DNA of 64,000 bases, from NCBI GenBank assembly GCA_009602735.1, contig WELA01001462.1:384921-448920 (forward strand), written 5' to 3'. A program made the position numbers and the translations under genes. This DNA comes from Mesotaenium endlicherianum. Lineage: Eukaryota. How positions within the stretch are numbered: position 1 is the first letter of the stretch; each line of letters begins with the position of its first letter. Shown here one piece after another: positions 24,811 through 38,555 of this stretch. Below the pieces are notes generated by a model. It was not told where the DNA came from, did no database searches, and worked only from the letters and a program-made list of their open reading frames with translations.

Positions 24811-26571
24811 TTAAGCACATGTCGAAGTGGATTGCATAAAAAGATACATAAAAGATACATCACCAAACAAGTACCATGTCAATATGCTTACATGTGCCAG
24901 TTCATCCAAATAAATGTATATTTTCATAATGCGTGTCTATTGACTTTGTCGAAAAGGTCCAGCGGGATGACTTATGCATCATAGTGTGATTCGCTAACTT
25001 CGTCAATTGAGGTCATGAGTATATGTTTGTACATAGATAAACTTGGCACAACCCCCTCCTAAAGTAGGAAACGTAGCACTTACCATATTTGTATAATTCA
25101 TGGCGAAGGCTCATGTTAATGGGAGGACACTAGGAATTGCAGAACACCCCTCTTCAAGTGATTGTTCAGTATATGTTACTGAAATAAGTTAAAAAACTCC
25201 GTAGCTAGAAAGTGGCTTTCTTTTCCTTGCGTTGGCGACCTTGCTGAACCTGCAATTTATAAGGATTTCTTTGGGATGGCCTTTCTTTAATAGGTCAGGT
25301 GCAACCATACGAAATATTCACAAGCAGAAGTTCTTGGTCGTAAGGCCACACTACAGACTAATGTGCAAGCAAGCAGACAAGAGGAATTCCCCACCATCAT
25401 AAACATGATCTGTACAACGGGTAAATTACCGTGCATGACTTGGTCGTAAGTAAACTACTAGTAGTGATGGCGGATAACTCCGATATGAAGAGGTACATGC
25501 AACTGCAACAATCATTGAGTACTGTGTGCATGTAAATCATTGCTCCAAGCCTTGCCTACAACTAAGACCGCCAAATTTACTAGCAATAAGTTACAAAGCT
25601 ATGACTAAGACTAGGTATGCATATCCAGGGATACATGCCACCCCTTTCACCATATGGGACTTGGGGCTCTGAGGCCTTTGCTCAAACTTGGTTTGATGAC
25701 CGACATCGTTGGTCATCCGATCAAGTCCCAAAGCCTGGTTCACTCTTGTGTGAGACTAAATACTCTAGTTGCTTCACACCCATTCACCTCCTACTTGTAA
25801 GGGTACTATATTGCGCCTCAAGGAAACATGTGGGGAGAAACTAGACTACATCCAAGTGCTTCACGCCAATCACTAACAAACTACACGCATGAGATACCCA
25901 CGAAAAACCATAAGGCGAAAAGAACACAATCACCCACTACGTCACTAGGCGCCTTCATTAGTCAGGATGTTCCGCAACACACTGTTCACAAACAACCAGC
26001 ACACAAAGTTTTTGCCGTGCGATAAGGACCTCAACACAGGGCTGTTGCACAAAAGCCACCAGAGCTGCAGCTTACGCGAGCAAGTTGCAGAAATCCCCAC
26101 ACCAAGGCTCCTCCCCTGGACCCAACGCAGGGGCCTTTAAAGGGCAGCAGCCCAGCTGGCACATGTGCCAGCTCCACACTATGCCACCAGGTTGTCCTAT
26201 ATTTGTGCACGCCAGCCACTATGGCAACAAGAGCTGCTCCAGGTGCATCGTACCTATGGCAGAATATTGCTACTCTTCAGTCTAACACAATCATCAACAA
26301 AAGAGGAGGAAGTGCTCCTGCCTTGCCAGTAAGAGAGCCGCTTCCAGTTTGTATGCATGACAAAAGTGCTACATCAAGTACATCAACTCACTCATAACCA
26401 AGACCTACTAGCCTTCTTGCTACGACAGGTATTGCCTCTGTAGAACTAGCACCCTGGCAAGTTGCAAAACAAGCGCCTTGTGCCACCTGGTTGAAGAGCA
26501 GAAAGAGAAAGACACCAATCCCCCACCCACTCTTCCTTTTCTTCGAAAGAAGGTGGGGGGGGGGGGGGAGG

Positions 26572-27220
26572 NNNNNNNNNNNNNNNNNNNNNNNNNNNNN
26601 NNNNNNNNNNNNNNNNNNNNNNNNNNNNNNNNNNNNNNNNNNNNNNNNNNNNNNNNNNNNNNNNNNNNNNNNNNNNNNNNNNNNNNNNNNNNNNNNNNNN
26701 NNNNNNNNNNNNNNNNNNNNNNNNNNNNNNNNNNNNNNNNNNNNNNNNNNNNNNNNNNNNNNNNNNNNNNNNNNNNNNNNNNNNNNNNNNNNNNNNNNNN
26801 NNNNNNNNNNNNNNNNNNNNNNNNNNNNNNNNNNNNNNNNNNNNNNNNNNNNNNNNNNNNNNNNNNNNNNNNNNNNNNNNNNNNNNNNNNNNNNNNNNNN
26901 NNNNNNNNNNNNNNNNNNNNNNNNNNNNNNNNNNNNNNNNNNNNNNNNNNNNNNNNNNNNNNNNNNNNNNNNNNNNNNNNNNNNNNNNNNNNNNNNNNNN
27001 NNNNNNNNNNNNNNNNNNNNNNNNNNNNNNNNNNNNNNNNNNNNNNNNNNNNNNNNNNNNNNNNNNNNNNNNNNNNNNNNNNNNNNNNNNNNNNNNNNNN
27101 NNNNNNNNNNNNNNNNNNNNNNNNNNNNNNNNNNNNNNNNNNNNNNNNNNNNNNNNNNNNNNNNNNNNNNNNNNNNNNNNNNNNNNNNNNNNNNNNNNNN
27201 NNNNNNNNNNNNNNNNNNNN
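26572..27220. other. Assembly gap (N run) covering the likely 3' end of the GT92 gene
   Basis: N run flanked by G-rich tracts. Confidence 1.
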
Positions 27221-28082
27221 GGGGAGGAGGGGGCGGGGAGGGGAGACGGGCAGATACTGACGTCAGTCTTGCCGAAGGTGCACTGCTTGAGGGCAACAAT
27301 CTTGTTGGCCATGTAGTAGTCGCGCTTCCACCATTCGACTTTGTCCGTGTCCTCCAACTCCAGCGAGCATATGGGGGTGGAGACATCCGCAAGGCCTCTG
27401 TAATGATGGTGCCTCAGGTCATTGGCGAGGTGCAAATCTGCTCCGTCACCAGTCGTCGCCCATATGGTGTGGATCTTGAGCACGTACACCTGCATGAAGA
27501 GCACATGCTCATGGTGTCTCTCTTCAGTACCTTAAAAGGACCCTTCGCGGAGTCCAGGGATGGCTCTCTCTTGGCAGCCCACCCCATCCCTTAGTATGAC
27601 ACATGGCTCGCCTACAAGGCAGATAGGCCAGCACAAGAGACCCATATGGATTTGTTGGATACAGACGCACATCAGCACCGTGCAGCCAGAGAAACAAAGC
27701 GCCACGAGAACAACACCAGCATCTGGATGAGCAGAGAAGGAGGAGGCACCTGGCTGGGCTGGAACAGGTATTTGCGGTGGCCGTGCCACTCTAGGCAGTA
27801 ATTAGGGTCGGAAAACCCGGGGTTGGCGTAGCAGTACGGGTTGGGGTCCTTGAACACAAGCCTCTCTGCGCCCCAGTGGCCCTCCCAGCTCTTCTTGTTG
27901 CACCGCTGGTGGTCCCACCACACCACCCCGTGCGTGAGGAACGCCTTGTCCTTGTGCTGAGTGAGCGTGCTCTTGAGCGTGTGCGGGGGCACAAACTCAA
28001 TGAACTCGTCCAAGTCGTGCACAAATACCCACTTGGCCGTGAAGCGCGTGCGGTACAGGCAGTCGTTCAGCGCCGCACCCTG

Positions 28083-28138
<56 letters not shown>

Positions 28139-31100
28139 CCCAGGCTGCTCAGGTTCAACCTACGGGAAACAACTGTGGGCTACCTACCATATTTTCCTCC
28201 AGGCCCCGCCTCCGTCCACCAGTTCATCTCTGTGGCGTCATCGGCAAGGCTTGATCTTGCACCTGCAGAGAAGCAGGTGCTGGAACCTGAGAGAGCCCTT
28301 GCGAGTGTGATAGCATGCTTGCAAATTCTTTTTGGGACCCAGGGGAAGCGGGTAGGCCGGAGGAGGAGAGGAAGGGGGGCTAGGGGTGAAGAGCAATAGA
28401 TTCCTCACATTTGACTTGGTCCAGACATCGAAGTCTGCGCCCTCTCGAAAGTCCGTGATGTCGACCTGGCCGGCGTCCATGTACTCGCGGATGGCATCTC
28501 GCAGTGACTGGTCAACGGGGCCCATGTCATAGAGGTAGTAACGGTCGGGGTTCATGACCACGCGCGTGTAATCAAACCACTCGCGCACCCTCTGCGGGTT
28601 GAGCTTGCCGTACAGGCGCGGCGAGCAGTAGGCGATCTTGTGCTGAAAAACCAAGGGCACCTCGGTCGCCTGCGCAAACCCCCGCCCCGCCTTCATTCTC
28701 AGCGGGGCTCACAATGATGCAGTGACATGTTCGCCCCACATCCACTTCTTGCACAAAGATAGAACCGCCCAGGGCCAAAACGCAAGCAGAGGGACAAGTC
28801 GTGCATGCTACTCTGCAGCCTAGGGTGGGCAACAACTCAATGACCATACCGGTTCCGCCAACGTGCCAGCCCCCTTGCTGCGAAGCACGACTCAAGAGGC
28901 TGACAGCGAGGAAAGGAGAAAGACAAGATACGCCGAGCACATGCCGCACCCACTGGCGTAACCACGTGAGTGGAGGGGCTGTACAAAATGACAAACACTT
29001 ACAGGGGTGACATCTTCGGCGTAGAGAAGCATGCGCTCGAAGTCTATGGTGGCCACCATGTGGCCGCCCTTTCTGCTTGTGGGCTTCTCCAGATAGCAGT
29101 GGATCACCACCACCTCGTACTGCCACACCCAAGGACATGCGCATGCGTGCGTGCGCGTGCGTGCGCGTGCGTGGAGAGACACAAAGACACACACGGAGAT
29201 AGAGACACAGGAACACACACACACACACAAAGAGAGAGAGAGGGGGGAAGGGGNNNNNNNNNNNNNNNNNNNNNNNNNNNNNNNNNNNNNNNNNNNNNNN
29301 NNNNNNNNNNNNNNNNNNNNNNNNNNNNNNNNNNNNNNNNNNNNNNNNNNNNNNNNNNNNNNNNNNNNNNNNNNNNNNNNNNNNNNNNGGGGGGGGGATG
29401 CGCACACCTTGAGTCACTCATCGCTTTCCCCTCGTATCTACTTTGCATGTGGCACCATACGACTGTCGCCTGTTTGCGGTGGCACTCATCCAGGCTCCAC
29501 AGGGGCAGCATTGGAGGAGAGCAAGGGAGAGGGAGGGGATGAGCCCGCTCACAGAAGATGGGTCGCGGGACAATAGGTGGACATTCCAGCAAGCACTTCT
29601 GTCTACAGTAGCCCGGAGCCACCAGCGCGCTTGTGCACATATGGGCCTGTCTTCATCTCCGTGATGAAGCTGGTCAGGGTGAACAGCTATATTCCAAAGC
29701 ATGTGGCAATAGGAAAAAGGAGATGAAGGTCTGCCTGCATTCTGCTTTAGAGCAGAAGGGGGTGCCAGAAGGGCGGGGGGAAAGGGGCTGGAGGTCCAAG
29801 TCACCTGGCGGCTGTGGTGCTCATCCATGTAGAGGAACTTGAGAGCCCCGCGGATCTTGCCCACGGCCTTGTCCTTGTCCCACCACTCGCAGCCCTGCAG
29901 CTGGCGAGTGTCGCGCAGGCGCCATGCAGCCAGGCTCACCACTGCTATTTGCTCCAGGCTCACCCGATACCCGCTGCAGGACACCAGGCAAGGCAGGCAG
30001 TGAGTGCGGCATTACAGCACGCAGCTGTCACCCCCCTCCCCCTCTTCTTGTAGACTGACAGACAGAGCGCACGTCGGGACACCCACACCATTCCGGCGAT
30101 GAAGAAGGTGCTCTTGCCTTCACGGCTGACCCTACAGCTTCAGCAGCAGCAGCCAAGGGCCCCGGCTTGGCAGGCAGGAGAGCAGCACGAACCTGTACTT
30201 GACGATGCCGTAGGAGGGGAAGCCCTGGAAGGTGCGCTGGCGCCACTGCAAGGGGTCCTCTGCAGTGATGACCATGTGAGCGTGCTTGCCCGTGATGTCG
30301 CGCTTCCACTCCTGCTTCTGCTTGTAGTCCACCAGCATCTGCACCCGTCCCCGCCCACCCGCCCGCTTGCCCTCCTGACCATAATCAGAACGCTGTCGAC
30401 GAGGAGGAGGAGAAGGAGGAGAAGGAGGAGGAGAAAGGCGGCGAGGGCAAAGCTGCCGCCCCACACCTCTGCTGAACTCGCTTCTGAGCTCAGCGAGCAC
30501 AGTCACACGGCACAAACGCCATGCGAAGCGCTGATTGAGCAGCACCCGCCCTCCCTCAGGGCGTGCTGCAGAGTGCCGACAGACGGATCAAGTAGTACTC
30601 TGCCTGAGAACTACTTTGGTGGCAGAGTCCAGCCCAGCCAAGCCTGAGGATGATCGAGCAAGCACATGCTATCGGCAACAAGGAGGGGGGCACCCTGACC
30701 GGCAGCAGCAGGTAAGGTAGGGTAGCAACACCCTGCTGGTGCTGCAAATGCATTTGCCACCCTGGAGCAAGTGCAATGTTCCCATGTGAGAGACCACGGT
30801 GGTTGCGAGCAAGCAACTCAGGTGGAGCACACCATTGGCAGGCAAGGCAGGCCTCCCAGTGACAGAACCTGCAGCAGATGTCAGGGTCCTCGCAGGGCAA
30901 AGGGTTCGGCCAGAAGGGGAAGGGAAGGAAAGGAGGGGGGGCAGGGGACCCTCACCTGAGAGTAACCGACGCTGGTGCCAGAGAGAAGGAACTCCTTTTT
31001 GGCAGCCGTCTCGAGGTCGCGCTTGTTCTGCTGCTCCACCTCGAAGCGCGCAATCTTGGCGTCCACCAGCTGCGCCGTCTCCACGCGGAAAGAGTCCAGC

Positions 31101-33166
31101 AGGCGGTTGGCGGACTCCAGGGACGTTCGCGCCGCCTCCACCATCTGACGCACACTTACGGTGTGGCCCTCCACGACGCCCTTGGCCTTCTCCACCGCGT
31201 CCTGCGCCTGCCTGGCGCCCGCCTGCCCGTCCGCCACCGTCTTTGTCAGGCGCTCCACAATCTCCTGCTGCCCCGCCAGTCTCTCTGCCACGCGCACGCG
31301 CACGCACGCCCCCCCAACCATTGGCCCCGTCAAAGATGAACACGATGAGCGAGCGTGCACATGCACGCACACACGCACACACATATCAGCTTCCCTCTAG
31401 GTTGTGTCTTAAGAGGGGGATGCAGAAGGGTGCATCCACCAGGCACGGGCACAGGCACGGCATCCAGCACAGCCCACCCATGCACACGTCCACAACATAC
31501 CTGACAGCAGGTTGACGGAGTCGAGCACGCCTGCCACGCTTGTGTCGGTGGAGCCCTGCAGAGGGAGGGGGATGCAGGTCAGAGTCGGACACATCCCTCG
31601 TCACAACCGTGCAACCACGCATTGCAATGTAGCCAGTCTGTGAGTTACAAGGAAAGCAGATGCAGAAGCAGCTCTCTCTCATAGACACTCTCCTCCCCTA
31701 ACCCCCAACTCCCCCGCCTCTAAGTTGCAGGGGGGAGACCCCAACACAACAGGGAAGCGAGAGGGATTGAGTGGAGACAAAGAGCGCGAGGGAGGGACGA
31801 GGCAAGGCAGCACGCAGATGGAGGGAACCCAGCACTTTGGTGAGAACGCCGGTGCCAACAGCCGGGAGCAGCGGGAGCAGCAGCAGCTGTGCACTGATGC
31901 GCGACTGACGATGGCAAACAAGAGATCAGTCGCTGCCTGCCCCCTCTCTGTATAAGCTTCTCAAGCACTGCACAAACCTTCTGCACTAGAAGCAAAGTGC
32001 TCTCAGGTGAAAACTTCCAGGAGAGCAGGAGAAATACTCACCGGCTTTTGCCCCAGACCCTTGACCACGGCCGGCAGCACCACCTGCAATGTTCCCACGT
32101 GTCATCTGTCAGCCCTACTGCTGTTCATCGCTTGATACTGAAGCACAACACAAAAACTCAAGATTTAAGGAACTGGAGGAACGTGGGGATGGCCCCTTCA
32201 GTGGCACCTGGAGCTTTAGGACTTCCTCAAACAATGGTTTCTCATAATCTCATCCGCAAGAAAATGGCTCCCTCTCTGCCTTCTCTCGAGCACATGGCTC
32301 CGTGCAGCAACTTCCTAGGTCTCGTACGAGCTGTTGCTGGCTGCTTGCCATGGGAATACTATGGTGCTGGAGACAGCTGGCAGTGTGCACAATGACTACA
32401 TGTCCAGCCAGAGCAGACAGTCATGCAGGCTGTGCATTCACCCATCACCAGCCCTATACCCATGCCTCGCCAGTTTGGCAAATTAGGAAATTACACTTTA
32501 TTATACATGCACTTACTCATGTATATACACATATATATATATACGTGAGTACATATAGGGGTCTAAATGAATGTAAGTTTCTTTAGGGAGACCTTAAAAT
32601 ATGTCAATACAAACACCATGCATAAAAACTCATACATGAAAATGTTATATGTACATATATACATACATATGTCCATCAAGTTCAAAGATTTCTCTACTAC
32701 GGCCCCCTTGCTCCCAAGCATACTCCTTCTCTGCAGAACGTGGATGCACCCCTGGCAAATCAGAGATGCTCTGACACATGGGTTCGAACTTGCTCCACAG
32801 GCTAACTGCGGAGGCTCCAGATATACAAGCTGTCGAGTTTCCCAGAATTTGTCTGCTTGGCACTCCAATGACACAGACTGACTGCATGAAGCTAGATGCG
32901 TGCAGCTGGAGCAGGTCACGATGCACGCCAGGACCACTCATTCCTAAAGCTGTGCAGAGTAGGAGCAGCTTATACCCGTGCTTGCCACTGACTCACTCAC
33001 TGTTATTGGAAATCCAACACAGATAAGCATCATTGCTGCTGAGATGCTGTCAACCTTACCTTGAAAAGTCAGAGGGTTGGAAGCTGCCAGCTGGCGAGGC
33101 ACGAGGAGCACCCACCTGAATGGTGTAGACGATGAACAACGTGAAGGCCACCCCATATGCGCAGGT
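27221..33166 (-). CDS. Spliced glycosyltransferase family 92 (DUF23, galactan synthase-like) gene, type II membrane protein
   Basis: Phase-consistent GT-AG exons: 33166-33116 (TM TCAYGVAFTLFIVYTIQ), 32083-32042, 31555-31501, 31284-30956, 30338-30193, 29973-29805, 29119-29003, 28669-28409, 28079-27750, 27489-gap. Motifs CSPRLYG..REWF..YLYD and ALNDCLYR..KWVFVHDLDEFI. The start codon (probably upstream of 33.4 kb) and the stop are not resolved. Confidence 0.85.
28086..28133. repeat. (CA)n microsatellite at an intron acceptor
   Basis: Pure CA run adjacent to the splice site at 28080. Confidence 0.95.
29254..29388. other. Assembly gap (intronic)
   Basis: N run. Confidence 1.
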
Positions 33167-35828
33167 CTGCCACATGCAGGACCATCTTCATCTTGTCAAA
33201 GATGCAAAACTTCAAACTTGCTGCGAGGATATGATATACGTTAACGCTCACATGTGTGTCAACGATCACATGTGTGTCACCTGTCTATATTCAACATCCT
33301 GGCAGCAGTGAGTGCCTTGACTTGCTATAGACTTTTTAAAGAGTTTCTTCTCCGTCTGTGGCAGCTCAGCTGTGAGTGAGCTGGCAACTGTGGCAGATGA
33401 ACAGAAAGGACACAATCAGGTAAAGTGTAGCTAAAGGAAGAGCAGTGACGACAACACATGTCCTGTCAAGATTGAGGAGCCAAGGCTCCTCTTCCCTGCT
33501 CTGTTCCTCTTTCCCCAGAACACTTTGTACCATTGTCTGCCAAAATTGAAGGGCTTCACTTGCCCTGCCCATGGCAAGCCCTTCCAATTTTTCTCATGTG
33601 GACTCCTAGAAGTCATACCTTGTCAGCCTACCTCCCCTGAAGCTGTCCCCTTTTGGCACTGAAAGAAGAGTGCTTCCAGTCTTTATGAATAACCAATTCG
33701 CGACAAAGGCTTCAACGACAGCTCGGCCAGTCGATAGTTTACTACCAGTGCGAGAGACTGGTCAAGAGCAACAGTATACTCACCAGAGTGGAGAAGTATT
33801 TCGACCTTGATGAGCCGTGTTTCATCATCCTGCTTACAGCTCTCAGTGTCCTGGAAGCAGACAAGTTTCAGGAGATTTGCCAGCCTTGAGGTTCTTCATA
33901 TGTTACACCTTCTAAGATACTCCGCAGCCTGATTAAGAATGTGCTGAAGATAGTCAACACCGTGGCCAAGACTTTTCAGCAAGAGCGTGAGGCATCTCGG
34001 CTAGAACTGGCTGGACATATTTGAAGTTGTACTACCAGTCATCACTTCAATCAGCATGTACCTTCATTCGTGTAGGTAGCGAGAACCATGGTTGCAAGAT
34101 TGTTCATCCTCGCTAATTTTGTGAAGTATGACGACGCCAGCAAGATTGGCTTCTGCTGTCATGCAGTAGAGCCAACTGGGACGTCGGTGTGCAACGAGCT
34201 GTCTAATAAGCCGGATTGACCCTGTTTCCCTTTGTTCTCAAACGGCTTCCTTGCTGTGCCTCTAGCTATATTTTTTTCCCCGAAAGCTCCGAAAGCAAAA
34301 CACCCGCATGGGTTTTCGCCTCCTTGATTCTCGCCTCCATAATGAGTCCTCGCCTCTTGCTCACTTCGCTGGGGTGCACACTGCACATTGCACAATGCAC
34401 ATTATCAAATCCAATGATGGTCAACATGTAGTCAATGATGGCAGCGTTTGTCACATGTCTGGTTTGGTCTGGATGAGGGTGCGAGGGGGTTTGAGAGAAA
34501 TTGTCCAAAATTGTCAGTCGCAAATGAATGGGAATCGCCGAGCGGCACGACAAGCTCCGCTTGCCAAAAAATCAGACTCCGTATGTAGCTGACTAATAAT
34601 TGGGACAAGCACGCCATCCATAACCCTCGAGTGGGGTCTCCAAAGTCCACTGACGTAGGTCGATCTATTTCCAATCTGACGGTCAAGGGGTGGAAATGAT
34701 TCATTTCATTCCAGGTCATGCTGTCTCCTCGGCTGGTAAACACTGGTCAATACCCCCTGGGGAAGAAGGTTACGATTTCTCTGTCTGTAATTCTGCAGCA
34801 ACTTGTGTGAATTGATCATATCGTTCTCATGCGATATCATTCTGTCGGCACTTAAGTTTTTACGCTGCCGAATGCACGTATAGGTCAACACGTAAACCAG
34901 GTCGAAGAGGCATGTGAACCGACGCGCATTCAAGCGTGCGCGCAGGATTTTCCTGTGCGACTGAACTTCAATAAATGCAGGTCCTTCAAGTCTGCGCCTG
35001 AGTGCATAACAATTATACAAGAAGTGGTTGGCGATGCTGGAGTGTTCCAGCCACTGTGAACTTAGCTCTTTGCATACTTATAATATTCGGTGGCAGATTG
35101 TTGTAGTCTAAGGAAACACGGTTGAGAAGGTTATTGGAATTGAAGGAGCATTATGCATGGAGAGGGCTTTGCCGTATTAAAAGTGAGGCTTTTATTCTTC
35201 TTCAAGTTTTCAAAAGTCGCCTACCGTTAAGCAAAATATGTAACTACGTTCTTGCCCATAATGCCTCTTTATGAGTCCTGTACTCTATTACTGTACTAAG
35301 TGAAAACTGCTAAGAAATGAAGAAGTTATGCCTATTTATAGGTTTCTGCCTAAGTGCTCCTTTCTAAGAGGAAGCTACAAAATTTCCTAAGTATTTGTCA
35401 ATTCGTCCCTTCTTGAATATTCGTGAGTATGCTAGATCAGTCTCATCTGAAGTGTCGGGTCAAATTGACGTCCACATACATGCATCAACATTACTAGAAT
35501 ATTCTATCTTAGGCGCGCTAGGCTAAACCGAAATTTCTAGGTAAACCGACCTAGTCGGCACTCCGCGTCAGGCAAAATTACGTGAAGGTTCGAGTTTACT
35601 CTAACGGCCCAGATCGTTTGACGCTGTCGGTCAATTCGACGGTCGCGCTCACCGCGAACTAAGGACAGTCGTCAACCCACCTCAAAATAAAACTTCGAAA
35701 ATCCATAACTCTCTCAATACTCAACCACATTCGATGAACTTTATATCAAAATGACCACCAAAATGCACTCCACACTTCCATGTGATCAAAATATACTTTC
35801 ATGAAAATCAAAAATGCACTTCATAAAG

Positions 35829-38555
35829 CTATGACCTTACATCATCCCCCTCCTCAAGATGCGACGTCCTCGATGCATTCTGCAGATAACGCCTCAACTT
35901 ACTCTTACAATGAGTCAAGTTGGCCTCCGGCTCCCCAGTATTGTCTTTTGCATGGTAGCCCTTCCACTTGACCAGGTACTCTTGAACAAATCGCTGACCT
36001 CGCTTGACTCGTCGATCGCCGACAATCGCCTCCACTTCATACTCCAATACGTCATCGATCTCCACCCGTGGTGACGGTGTAGGTAGTCGTCCTGGATGTC
36101 CTTCATTCGGGTCAACGTATGGCCGCAAACAACTGACATGGAACACATCATGGATATGCCAGCGTGAAGGAAGTTCCAACTTGTAGATCACAGGATTGAC
36201 CTGCTTGAGCACCACAAAGGGACCTGTAAACCGTGCCCGCAATCTCCTCTTGCCTGTGAAAGGTAAGTTCTCTGTTCACAAGAGTACTTTGTTGCCCACA
36301 TGGAATGTCACTACCCTCCTGTGCTTGTTAGCATGCTTGACCTGTTCCTTCTGTGCCTTCCGAATACACGTCTTCGCCGTGTCCCAAGTCTTTGCCATCT
36401 GCTCCATAAATGCTTGTGTAATAGGAACCTGAGTCTCCTTGGCTTTCTCCAACAAGATGTTCCCTAGGTGATACACTTTTCTCCCATAAACCATAGCGAA
36501 TGGTGATTGCTTGATAGATCCCTCCATGTTGTTGTTGTAGGCAAACTGCAACCCTGGCAGCTTCTTGTCCCACTCTGAAGGATCTTCCATCATGAAACTC
36601 CTGAGCACCTCTTGCAGAGTTCTGTTGAGCCTCTCACTCTGCCCGTCTGTCTCAGGATGATAGGAAGTGCTCATACTTAGCTTGGTCCCCATCAAAGTAA
36701 ACAATGATCGCCAAAAGTTGCTAGTGAACCTTGGATCCCAATCTGAAACTATTACCTTCGGCAAGCCATGTAGCCTGAAGATATGATCAAAGAATAGCAG
36801 TACCACATCTGCTGCCGTAGAAGTCTCCTTCAAGGGAATGAAGTGTGCCATCTTGCTGAGTCTATCAGATACAACCCAAACTGCATCGTGCCCTTGACCA
36901 ATCACTGGTAAAGATGTGATGAAGTCCATAGCAATTTGCTCCCAAGGATACTCTGGAATAGGCAGGAGCTGCAATGTACCTCCCTTCTTTTGATTTGGTG
37001 TTTTGTTTCGCTGGCACGCATCGCAAAACCTGATCCACTCCTCGATCTCCTCGTCCATATTCCTCCAATAGTACTCTTGCTTCAGCACGCTTGCCGTCTT
37101 CTTGCTTCCAAAGTGTCCAGCATATAAGCAATCATGATGCTCCGCAAGAAGTAGGTCGCGTAGCTCCTTGATGTCAGGTACCACCACCCTCCTGGAATCA
37201 CCATAATACCATACGCCATCCAACTGCATACTCGGGTTGGACTCAGCTGCTCCACCATCAGCAAACTCTGGATCCTCCTCATATCCTCTCTGAAGCTTCT
37301 CCTTGAAGTCCACACTCTCCCTGATGACTGATACAGCTGCAAGGTCACACCTACTGGATAAAGCATCTGCGGGGTTGATCTTCCCAGGTAAGTACTCGAT
37401 CTTGTGGTCGAACTGTTGCAGAAACTCCATCCACCTTGCCTGTCTTGGTGTCAACGTTGGCTGCGTCATAAATTTCTCCAAGCTCTTGTGGTCGGTCTTG
37501 ATGAACACCTTCCGGCCGTTCAAATAACATCGCCAAATCCGCAAAGCTTGGGTAATAGCCAACATCTCCCGCTCGTATGCTGCATAATTCTGCTCAGCAG
37601 GACTCAACTTCTTGCTCTCATATGCCACAGGTTGTAATCCCTTGCCTTGGTCTTGGAGAAGAATGGCTCCTACTGCAAAGTTTGATGCGTCCATGATGAT
37701 GGTGAAAGGAAGCTCTGGACTTGCAATTGCCAACACAGGTGCCTGTGTCAACAGCTCCTTAATCTTCTCAAAAGCTTGCTGCTCCTTGTCACCCCATAGC
37801 CACTTCTCCTGCTTCTTTAACATGTCCGTGAGCGGTGCACACACCTTGGCAAATCCTTCAATGAAACGTCGATAATAATTCGCCATGCTAAGGAAGCTCC
37901 TGAGTTTATGAACATCAGCAGGTACCGGCCAATCTCTGACTGCTTGCTCCTTCTTCTGCTCCACCTTGACTCCTTCAGCTCCCACTATGTGCCCAAGAAA
38001 CTCCACCTCCTTAAGATAGAAGTCGCACTTGCTCATCTTCCCACATAACTTCTGATCTCTCAAGACCTCCAACACCTTCCTCAGATGCTCCACATGCTCC
38101 TCCAAGGTCTTGAAATAAATCAAGATGTCGTCCAAGAATACCACCACAAACTGGTCCAAGTAGGGACTGAAGATACTATTCATGAGACCCATGAATGTAG
38201 CAGGTGCATTAGTCAGCCCAAAAGGCATGACTGTGAACTCAAATAAACCATAGCGAGTCCTGAAAGCAGTCCTCTGAACGTCTCCTTCTGTAATCCGTCC
38301 CTGGCGATAGCCACTCCTTAAACCGATCTTCGAGAAACACTTCGCTCCGACAAGCCTGTCAATCAACTCGCCCACTCGTGGAGGTGGGTACCTGTTCTTG
38401 ATGGTGACCTTGTTGAGTGCCCGGTAATCGACACACATCCTCATAGTCCCATCCTTCTCCTTCACAAATAAGACTGGCACTGCAAATGGAGACTCGCTGG
38501 GTCGGATGAATTCCTTCTCCAATAACTTTGTCAGTTGCTTCTTCAACTCATCCAA
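35829..38555 (-). pseudogene. Nearly intact pol (RT, RNase H, integrase, chromodomain) with a single in-frame stop at about 36276
   Basis: 759-aa ORF with [45 protein letters not shown] and DGQSE. It continues in frame to GPF and chromodomain YEVEAIV..YLVKWKGY. Confidence 0.95.

Noticed and set aside
26388..27594. Long ORFs (260-367 aa) in the ORF track
   Set aside because: Artefacts of translating through the N gap. The same applies near 29.3 and 54.7 kb.
33700..35290. A separate gene upstream of GT92
   Set aside because: Only short ORFs with no consistent spliced frame. It may be UTR or promoter sequence.
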